Source: Promethearchaeota archaeon
Lineage (GTDB): Archaea; Asgardarchaeota; Thorarchaeia; Thorarchaeales; Thorarchaeaceae
Length of the DNA: 19,450 bases
Direction of reading: 5' to 3'
Assembly (NCBI GenBank): GCA_027031765.1
Contig: JALVPN010000027.1
Span: 1-19,450 of the forward strand
In this document: piece after piece, positions 8,231 to 15,125 of the stretch
How positions within the stretch are numbered: position 1 is the first letter of the stretch
Layout: each line of letters begins with the position of its first letter
Position numbers and translations under genes: made by a program
The notes under the pieces: generated by a model
What the model saw: the letters and a program-made list of their open reading frames with translations, nothing else
What the model was told of the DNA's origin: nothing
Database searches by the model: none

Positions 8231-9544
8231 ATGGTGAAAGAAATCATCGTCCTCAGGGAAACCGGCATCCCACTGTTCCACTACAGCATCAGTGGTACCA
8301 AACGCCTCGACGAGCTGGTGGCCGGTTTCCTGTCCGCCGTTGGCTTCTTTGCCGAGCAGGTGGGTGACGAGAAGATAAAGGTGATCTCCTTCGCGAAGAG
8401 CAAGTTCGTATGGGAGAAGGTCGGCGACCTCTACTTCATTGCCCTTGTTGCTGAGGAGGACAGCCCTGAGATCTACGGCGTCATCCTCCGCAGCCTTGCT
8501 CAGCAATTCGTGGCCACCTACTACTCAGAGCTCCGCAAAGAGGAGCCGAGCCCGAAGGTGTTCGTCGCGTTCTCGGACGTCGTCGAGGCCACGCTCCAGA
8601 AGTTCGATGGCATCCCCGGCATCGCCCGGAGGTACCGTACGGCCCTCGTGCCGGTGGAGACCGTCAGGTCGCTCAAGAAGGCCCAGGCAAGGACCGAGGA
8701 GCACCCCGGTGTACACCGTTCTGCGGTCATTACTTCCGATGGCTACGTCGTGGTCTCCAACTTCAGGACATACGAACTTGAGGCCATTCTCGACATACTG
8801 TTGACGTTCTCCAGTCGCTCCGGCCCCGTCAAGGAGCAGCAGATTGCTGTCCACACGAGCCTCGACTCCAACACCAGGTACTATATCCGCCGCATGGGCC
8901 CGGTCGGCTGTTGCGTGTTCGTGGTCGATGCGGGTCTTGGCCTTGACGAGTGCGAGAGGGTTACGACGCCCCTGCGTGACGAGGTGAGTCGTACCGACTT
9001 CTCCAAGATCCAGCGTATCGACCCGGACGAGAGTGGTGGCGTCCTTGAGTTCTACCCCTACGATGTGTTGCGACTGCTCCGCCCCAAGGAGGAGATAGGA
9101 CAGGAGGAGAACGTCCTGTTTGTCGGACTGCCCATGGTCACCGTACAGAACATCAGGGCCGTCCTGCGGACTGTTGGTGAGAACACCACCTTGGACGAAG
9201 TGTACGAGGACAGCGGCCTTGAGCGTGAGGACGTGGACGAGGCGCTTGCCATACTCATCAGCAAGGGACTGGCAGAAGTGGTACGTGTTTTCCCGGTCAT
9301 CGCGGACCGCGACGAGCGCTTCGCAGCATTCCTCGAGGTCATCGGCATCCCCAAACGTGACTATGTTGTCCTCGACACCATCTGGGAGTACTGCAACGGC
9401 AGCCACTCCATCCGCGAGATATCGGAGAAGACACGGGTCCCGGCGTCGCGGATTGTCGAAGTCATGAGGGCGCTCGGCAGGTACGTGGAGTGGAACACAG
9501 AACGAATGCTGACGACCTCCCGCCGGGTCGAGGGCCGACCGTGA
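8231..9544 (+). CDS. Paralogous longin + roadblock-like + two winged-helix protein, 437 aa
   Basis: The start is set at ATG 8231 (MVKEIIVLRETGIPLFHYS) by alignment to the upstream paralogue; the track start at 8057 overlaps the previous gene. The central insert GVHRSAVITSDGYVVVSNF resembles the roadblock/LC7 beta-hairpin. The C-terminal half aligns with that of 7267-8151. Confidence 0.8.
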   Translation: MVKEIIVLRETGIPLFHYSISGTKRLDELVAGFLSAVGFFAEQVGDEKIKVISFAKSKFVWEKVGDLYFIALVAEEDSPEIYGVILRSLAQQFVATYYSELRKEEPSPKVFVAFSDVVEATLQKFDGIPGIARRYRTALVPVETVRSLKKAQARTEEHPGVHRSAVITSDGYVVVSNFRTYELEAILDILLTFSSRSGPVKEQQIAVHTSLDSNTRYYIRRMGPVGCCVFVVDAGLGLDECERVTTPLRDEVSRTDFSKIQRIDPDESGGVLEFYPYDVLRLLRPKEEIGQEENVLFVGLPMVTVQNIRAVLRTVGENTTLDEVYEDSGLEREDVDEALAILISKGLAEVVRVFPVIADRDERFAAFLEVIGIPKRDYVVLDTIWEYCNGSHSIREISEKTRVPASRIVEVMRALGRYVEWNTERMLTTSRRVEGRP

Positions 9545-9585
9545 CGACGGAAGACATTTCTTCCCCGGTGCAACAGTAGCAGTCC

Positions 9586-10539
9586 ATGCCAGACCTTGAG
9601 AGCCGATACGTGGGCTGCATGCTCGGTATGGCCATCGGTGATGCCCTGGGTGGGCCCACTGAGTTCATGTCCTTTGAGTCAATCCGCAAGACATGGCCAC
9701 CCGGTGGTGTCACGGACTTCTGCAGCTTCAGGGGCCTGCCAGCTGGCTCCTATACTGACGACACCGAGATGGCCCTTGCTGTGGCGCGCGGCATCCTTGG
9801 TGCCAGCTCGCTCGACGTGACCGCCATACTTGATGCAATAGCCGGCGAGTTCGTCCGGTGGTACGAGAATGTCGACTGGGCACGCTCGCCCGGCACGACG
9901 TGTACCGGCTCGGTTGCGAAACTCGTTGAGGGGGAGCACTGGACGGCCTCTGGGAGGAATGACTCCATGGGCTGTGGGACTGCGATGCGCGCACCACCCG
10001 TAGGCCTTGCATTTGCCCCCGACCGTGACCTCCTCCGGGAGGTCGCAGCCCGTCAGTCGCTCATCACGCACGGCCACGATGTCGCAACAGCGGGCTCGGT
10101 TGCGGTGGCCCTGATGGTCGCCGAGGCTGTCCAGGGGGCCCATCCGGACGACCTTCTCGCAATAGTGCGTGACTCCGTCGCCGAGATCAGCGATGTGTTC
10201 CTTGAAGCCCTCGACCGCGTGCCACCTGCTGTTGAGCTGGGAAATACGGCTCAGGCGCACTCCCTCCTGGGCCCCGGCTGGACGGCGGACGAGGCCGTCG
10301 CAGGTGCACTACATGCACTTACAATGCACCCGACATCATACAGGGACGCGGTACTTGAGGCAGCGAACTCCGGTGGTGACACCGACACGAAGGCATGCAT
10401 CGTGGGGGCTGTACTCGGGGCATCCTTGGGTGTCGGGGGCATCCCTGATGTTTGGCGCCAACATGTGGAGGACGGCGAGCTGCTTGTCGAGACCGGCAGA
10501 GAACTGTTGCTCTATGTCCGTCGCCACTTCGGAATATGA
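9586..10539 (+). CDS. ADP-ribosylglycohydrolase (DraG/ARH family)
   Basis: Family motifs GMAIGDALGGPTEF, YTDDTEM, GCGTAMR (GNG..MR variant), SLITHGH and NSGGDTDT...GAVLGA; the metal-binding acidic residues are intact. Confidence 0.93.
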   Translation: MPDLESRYVGCMLGMAIGDALGGPTEFMSFESIRKTWPPGGVTDFCSFRGLPAGSYTDDTEMALAVARGILGASSLDVTAILDAIAGEFVRWYENVDWARSPGTTCTGSVAKLVEGEHWTASGRNDSMGCGTAMRAPPVGLAFAPDRDLLREVAARQSLITHGHDVATAGSVAVALMVAEAVQGAHPDDLLAIVRDSVAEISDVFLEALDRVPPAVELGNTAQAHSLLGPGWTADEAVAGALHALTMHPTSYRDAVLEAANSGGDTDTKACIVGAVLGASLGVGGIPDVWRQHVEDGELLVETGRELLLYVRRHFGI

Positions 10540-10654
10540 TACGATTCGGCACCCGTCCTCTGCGTCGTACGGCATGCCCCTTGAGGGTTTCCACAGGTCA
10601 CCAGTGGTCTCTCGTCGCCGGTGCAGTATGCGCCCGTCACATGCAGGCCCAATA

Positions 10655-10681
10655 CCGAGTCCTACTCGGAAACACTTTAAG
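10655..10681 (+). promoter_or_regulatory. Perfect inverted repeat CCGAGT-cct-ACTCGG next to a BRE/TATA-like GAAACACTTTAAG
   Basis: Palindrome at 10655-10669, CTTTAAG at 10675-10681, about 50 nt upstream of ATG 10732. Confidence 0.5.
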
Positions 10682-10731
10682 CACAGCAACACATGGACAG
10701 CCATAGGACATATGATTTGGGGCCTCTACTG

Positions 10732-11493
10732 ATGTCAGGGCGCATTGTCAGCATTCACTCGTTCCGTGGCGGCACTGGCAAGTCGAACATCTCGGCCAAC
10801 CTCGCAGCGGTAGCTGCACTTGCGGGGAAGCGGGTCGCAGTGATGGACACAGACGTTGCATCACCCGGCATCCACGTGATTTTTGGGATGGGCCGCGAGA
10901 AACTCCAGTACACTCTCAACGACTACCTCAGGGGCGAGTGTGACATCACTGATGCGTGCATTGACATGACCCGTCGCTTGGGCATCAGACAGGGCAAACT
11001 ATACCTCATCCCGAGCTCCATGAGCGCCAACGACATAACGCGCATACTCCGGGAGGGCTATGAGGTCTCTGACCTGAGGAACGGTTTCTCTGAGGTGATT
11101 GAGGCACGCGACCTCGACTACCTGATAATCGACACCCACCCGGGCCTCGACAGGGAAACGCTCCTGTCCATGGCCACAGCCGACTTCCTCTTCGTCGTCG
11201 CTAGGATTGACGAGCAGGACCTCCTCGGTACCGCCGCCACTCTGAGCGTTGCACGGAAGCTCCAGGTCCCAGACATCCGCATCATAGTCAACAAGAAGCC
11301 CAGTATCTATGAGGACAGGGCAATCCTGTCAGAGGTGGAGCGCAAGTTCAGGACCAAGGTCGCTACGATAATACCCCTCGTTCCCATCCTGATAGAGGCT
11401 GGCAGCCGCTACATCGTCACGCTCAAACACCCGGACAACGAGTTCACGAAGCGCATTGAGGAGGTATACAGGGTGATGGAGGGCGAGGCCTGA
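10732..11493 (+). CDS. MinD/ParA-family (SIMIBI) ATPase, SxRGGTGKS subtype, 253 aa
   Basis: SIHSFRGGTGKSNISANLA (deviant Walker A), VAVMDTDVASPG (switch I), LIIDTHPG (Walker B), VNK. ATG 10732 is preferred because ATG 10693 lies too close to the TATA-like box. Confidence 0.9.
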   Translation: MSGRIVSIHSFRGGTGKSNISANLAAVAALAGKRVAVMDTDVASPGIHVIFGMGREKLQYTLNDYLRGECDITDACIDMTRRLGIRQGKLYLIPSSMSANDITRILREGYEVSDLRNGFSEVIEARDLDYLIIDTHPGLDRETLLSMATADFLFVVARIDEQDLLGTAATLSVARKLQVPDIRIIVNKKPSIYEDRAILSEVERKFRTKVATIIPLVPILIEAGSRYIVTLKHPDNEFTKRIEEVYRVMEGEA

Positions 11494-11600
11494 CCCCGGT
11501 CCCCGTGCGTGGTACTCGCCACTAGCGGACAGGTGACCGGGGTACCGCCGAGCAGACACACCGGTGGGTTCCCGGTATGCACCCGTCACCGGTGTCTGTC
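11493..11600. terminator. Two consecutive GC-rich inverted repeats after the MinD stop (possible terminator/3' structure between convergent genes)
   Basis: ACCCCGGTC (11493-11501)/GACCGGGGT (11535-11543) is a perfect 9-bp repeat; CAGAC(AC)ACCGGTG (11553-11566)/CACCGGTGTCTG (11587-11598). No U-tract. Confidence 0.3.
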
Positions 11601-11696
11601 GCAGCCGTCACGTTTCCAACACCCGATGGTATGGCCGGCATACTCTACACCTGGCCGTTGGTCACATCACGTGACGCCCTTGGGTGCAGCCACGGC

Positions 11697-11810
11697 TCAG
11701 TCGACAAGGACTGGTATGTATGCAATCGCAAGCGCGAGTAGCAGCAGCACCAGCGAGATGATGAGGCGTAGGGGGAGTAGCACTCCATCCGACGACCTGC
11801 GTCTCTCCAC
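11697..11810 (-). CDS. Small single-TM protein (37 aa), not in the ORF track
   Basis: GTG start 9 nt after a perfect GGAGGTGA Shine-Dalgarno. Translation MERRRSSDGVLLPLRLIISLVLLLLALAIAYIPVLVD has a basic N-terminus and one hydrophobic helix. Confidence 0.55.
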   Translation of the reverse strand: MERRRSSDGVLLPLRLIISLVLLLLALAIAYIPVLVD

Positions 11811-12252
11811 TGGCAGACTTCACCTCCAGTGTCTAGTGTCGCCCCAGTGCACTGCACCCCGCACGCAGTTGTTGATGGCCTCGCCCAAGTCTGCTCTGTG
11901 CTACCGTGGTCCTGTTGCTGGCCTGTGTCCCCGGTCCACACCACCAGTGAGGGCCTGCATGCGGGCTGGTCGTGGTAGGGCGTCGGGGACAGGTGGGACA
12001 TCCCACCTGCAGTGCAATGGGTCCTTCTTCTCTATGTCCACGTGGCAAGATGAGTCTGTCGTAGTGTAGCTGCCACCCACACAGTTGCCCGTGGACACTG
12101 TGTCAGGAGAATTGACGGTGTCTGTCGGGCCGCTACGGCCTCTTGGACGGGCGTGTGTGCAGAATGCAAGCAGTTTTCAATGGGTCCTCATCTCTATGTC
12201 CTCCCACAGTGGTCAGTGCGACCATATTGTCACGGACGAGGTGTTGTCGGTC

Positions 12253-12687
12253 ATGGAAATCGTAGTCCGGTTTGCAACAGCGCAGGACCGCCGGGCGCTC
12301 GAAGAGTTCTACAGTCGCGAGGGCATGGACTTCAGGGCCCTCTCAATGCGTGCGTCCGGTGCAATAAGCGAGACAATGTATGTGGTGGCTGTTTCAGAGG
12401 ACCTGGTAGTTGCAGCGCTGAAGCTTGACATCTCAAGGGACAGGGCGCTGGGGCCCATCGGGATGATACGGTATTTTGAGATCGAGGACGAACTTGAACA
12501 GACAGACATAGGCCAGAGGATGCTGGAGAAGGCCGTCCACATTGCTGAGGAGCGGGGCCTCAGGGCCCTTGAAGCTGTCGTCAGTGAGGCGCGTCATGAC
12601 CTGGTCCGGCTGTTCACAGAGGCCCACTTTGAGGAGTTGCGAAGGGACATCGTATTCCGCAGGAAGTTCCGTGCGCGCATGTTCTGA
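12253..12687 (+). CDS. GNAT-family N-acetyltransferase, 144 aa
   Basis: ATG 12253 follows GAGGTG. MEIVVRFATAQDRRALEEFY is a typical GNAT start; ...VAALKL..., FEIEDELEQTDIGQRMLEKAVHIAEERG (motif A-like), LVRLFTEAHFEE (motif B-like). Confidence 0.85.
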   Translation: MEIVVRFATAQDRRALEEFYSREGMDFRALSMRASGAISETMYVVAVSEDLVVAALKLDISRDRALGPIGMIRYFEIEDELEQTDIGQRMLEKAVHIAEERGLRALEAVVSEARHDLVRLFTEAHFEELRRDIVFRRKFRARMF

Positions 12688-12772
12688 CCATGTTGGTTGA
12701 GTCCTTACGGCGCTCGGGCTGGCCCCTACCACCCGTCACCCCGCGTCTGCGGCACGCGACAGCCGGGGTGGC

Positions 12773-14599
12773 TCATATCACGTCCGACAGGCCGACACGC
12801 TCTATTGTCTCGACCGTTGGCAGTCCGTCCGTGTCAAAGCCCCGCAACTGGTAGAACCTCTCAAGGCACGCTTCAAAGTCGTCACGGCTGACTGCGGCCG
12901 TCATGCCGTCCCTTGGGCCCCCACGTTCTGGCTCCCACATCCTTGGGGGCAGGACATCGCTGGCCCGTGTGACCCCCTCCCGGTGGTTGAACATCCGTGT
13001 GAGGACGGCCACCCTCTGGGCGAACAGTGCCACCGAGTCCTGGGTGTACTCAAGGCCCGTGGCAGCGTTCAGGAGTGCTATCTTCTCCTCGTGGTGGAGT
13101 GGGATGTGGTATGTGAAGTGACAGATGACCAGTGAGTCTGTGAGCACCTTCTGGTCGCGTGCTGTGACCATTGACTCCACCACATCGAGTGCCGATGTGT
13201 CGGGCGGCCCCGTTGTTGCAGGCCAGCCCCTGAGGTGACTTGCACCTACGTCAGCGGTGACATATGACAGGCCCATGCCGCGCCTGCCACGTGGGTCCCA
13301 TGCCGGGACTTCGAGACCCTTGACGTGCACCGCTATCTCCCCTGCAGCACCACCCAGTTGTCTTGCAGCCTCACGCACGCCGTCGGCTAGCAGGTCGCCA
13401 ATACCCTCCCTGCGACATATCAGCCGCAGTAGCTCCTCAGCGCCTTCCGCGTCGCCGAACCTGATGTCGAGCCCGTGTTTCTCAGTCGTGATGATGCCGC
13501 GGCTACAGGCCTCCATTGCGAACCCGATGACGCCGCCGGCACTGATGGTGTCGAGCCCGAGCTTGTCGCACAGGTAGTTGAGCCGCAGCAGGGCCTGCGG
13601 GTCGTCAATGCCAAGGTCTCCTCCAAGAAGGCCTATTGACTCGTACTCTATGCAGGACTCGACCTCCACACCAGCCCTGTCCGGGTCCTCTGTCCTGTAC
13701 GCCCTTGTGCAACGCATTATGCACTGCGGACACGAGTTGTGAGTGCCCAGGGCCCACCGCTCAAAGGCCTCTGGCCCAATCCTCTCGTGCTGTTCAAAGT
13801 AGCCCGTTTCATAGTTTCGTGTCGGGAACTGTCCGAGGCTGTTCGCCACCGGCACGAGGAACGGGGTCCCGTAGTCCTTGAACCCGGACTCCTTCTCGCG
13901 CCACCGCCTTGCGACTTCCCGGTTCACCTCACGTATCGCATCGGGATCCGCAGCCCTCACATCACTGGTCCCATGGACAACGACTGCTTTCAGCCGCTTC
14001 GCGCCCATGACCGCACCGGCACCACCGCGTCCGGTCTGGTGGACGACCTCACACGCCCCGGTGGCGAACCTACACAGGTTCTCCCCTGCTGGGCCAATTG
14101 CATATACTGAGGCCTGCTCTCCGTACAGTCCGTGGAGCTGCTCTGTCACCTCATGGACTCCAAGGCCCCACAGGTCCGGCGCCTCCCTGACCGCCACATC
14201 CTCGTCGTCAACAGTCACGACCACAGGTCCCTTTGCCTGTCCGCGTACGGCAATGAGGTCGTAGCCTGCACGCTTGATGTCCCTGCCCAGCGGCCCCCCG
14301 CAGTGTGAGTCTAGGAACAGCCCTGTGAGGGGTGACTTTGTGACGAGGGTCCAGCGCCCGGTGTTTGGTGCGTGCAGCCCCTGTAGTGGTCCCGTGAGGA
14401 AGAAGAGCACGTTCTCCTCCCCAAGCGGGTCTGCGCCTGCCGGCACGCGCGTGTACAGCAGGTACGCACCCAGTCCCTTGCCACCAATGAACATCTCAAG
14501 GGTCTGTCCACTGAGTCCCTCCACCCACGTCTTGCCTGTAGAGAGGTCGACCCAGAGGGCCCTCTTTTTCCAGCACTCGTGTGTCAACTCTGTGTCCAC
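12773..14599 (-). CDS. aor: Tungsten/molybdopterin aldehyde:ferredoxin oxidoreductase family protein
   Basis: FIGGKGLG, KSPLTG...DSHCGG, AIGPAGENL, GRGGAGAVMGAKRLKAV, 4Fe-4S CPQCIMRC, EYES, CDKLGLDTISAG, HVKGLE.P.WDPR, GASHLR, DSLVICHF, FNHREG, YQLRG.D.DGLP. The subfamily (AOR/FOR/WOR) was not determined. Confidence 0.95.
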   Translation of the reverse strand: MDTELTHECWKKRALWVDLSTGKTWVEGLSGQTLEMFIGGKGLGAYLLYTRVPAGADPLGEENVLFFLTGPLQGLHAPNTGRWTLVTKSPLTGLFLDSHCGGPLGRDIKRAGYDLIAVRGQAKGPVVVTVDDEDVAVREAPDLWGLGVHEVTEQLHGLYGEQASVYAIGPAGENLCRFATGACEVVHQTGRGGAGAVMGAKRLKAVVVHGTSDVRAADPDAIREVNREVARRWREKESGFKDYGTPFLVPVANSLGQFPTRNYETGYFEQHERIGPEAFERWALGTHNSCPQCIMRCTRAYRTEDPDRAGVEVESCIEYESIGLLGGDLGIDDPQALLRLNYLCDKLGLDTISAGGVIGFAMEACSRGIITTEKHGLDIRFGDAEGAEELLRLICRREGIGDLLADGVREAARQLGGAAGEIAVHVKGLEVPAWDPRGRRGMGLSYVTADVGASHLRGWPATTGPPDTSALDVVESMVTARDQKVLTDSLVICHFTYHIPLHHEEKIALLNAATGLEYTQDSVALFAQRVAVLTRMFNHREGVTRASDVLPPRMWEPERGGPRDGMTAAVSRDDFEACLERFYQLRGFDTDGLPTVETIERVGLSDVI

Positions 14600-14628
14600 C
14601 TTTGAGCTTGGACAGTCACTGCAGTCTG

Positions 14629-14781
14629 CTATGTGGTCTTGATGTCCACTCGCAGGACTTCGCCGGCCTCGACGTCCCTGAGGTTCTTGAGGAAGGCTTC
14701 AAGGATGTCCTTGAGGACGCCTGAGACGAACCTATTAGTGGCCACACGCTGCCCATTGACGTACAACTCAAGTCCTGTCAT
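14629..14781 (-). CDS. Small 50-aa protein resembling the C-terminal domain of MobB-type molybdopterin biosynthesis proteins
   Basis: MTGLELYVNGQRVATNRFVSGVLKDILEAFLKNLRDVEAGEVLRVDIKTT fits the 'L.VNG..I..N.FV..I....I..ML..L' pattern. It ends 29 nt before the aor start. The N-terminal 108 aa of track ORF 14629..15105 look non-coding. Confidence 0.7.
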   Translation of the reverse strand: MTGLELYVNGQRVATNRFVSGVLKDILEAFLKNLRDVEAGEVLRVDIKTT

Positions 14782-14810
14782 TTCTGGTCGGGGCAGTCTT
14801 GCTGGTGGCA

Positions 14811-14817
14811 CTTTAAG
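14811..14817 (-). promoter_or_regulatory. Putative TATA box (CTTAAAG) for the small-protein/aor unit
   Basis: About 30 nt upstream of ATG 14781, consistent with a near-leaderless transcript. Confidence 0.45.
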
Positions 14818-15063
14818 GTTCTTCCCGGTGGCGGTGTGGAGACCGTTGTTGTCCCCTGCTGTGAGGGCCCGTCCTCGTGCCCGTTGCTGATACGTCTTTG
14901 CCACGTCGTCTGGTACGGGGCGGCCCGTCGTGGTGTGTGGCCTCACTAGCGGGTGACCGCCGAGCACTGGTGCAGCCCGCACCGGTGTCCCCGTGCTCTT
15001 GTCTTGAGTCCTCGTGCCCTGCACTTGCCAGCTGTGAGTGTGCCGCACTCTCTCCGATATGCA

Positions 15064-15069
15064 TTTATA
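15064..15069 (+). promoter_or_regulatory. Putative TATA box (TTTATA) for the membrane protein/esterase unit
   Basis: Canonical archaeal TATA about 57 nt upstream of ATG 15126; a GGTGTGGAG RBS-like element lies before the ATG. Confidence 0.55.
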
Positions 15070-15125
15070 CCCCTCCCAGCCGTAGGGTGGCCAAGTATTG
15101 ACCAACAGAAGGTGTGGAGTCTAGA

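Noticed and set aside
8525-9406. 293-aa minus ORF
   Set aside because: Antisense shadow of the second longin gene.
11820-11822. In-frame TGA before the microprotein as a possible selenocysteine codon
   Set aside because: The TGA is simply part of the GGAGGTGA Shine-Dalgarno; there is no Sec-typical redox context and no recognisable SECIS.
11509-12069. 186-aa + strand ORF
   Set aside because: Low-complexity S/P/R/T/C composition, no RBS or motif; the opposite strand has a better-supported small gene.
12085-12252. N-terminal extension of the GNAT ORF
   Set aside because: A GAGGTG RBS and a typical GNAT start support ATG 12253.
14782-15105. N-terminal 108 aa of the 158-aa minus ORF
   Set aside because: It spans the divergent promoter region with two TATA-like boxes; only the last 50 aa look protein-like.
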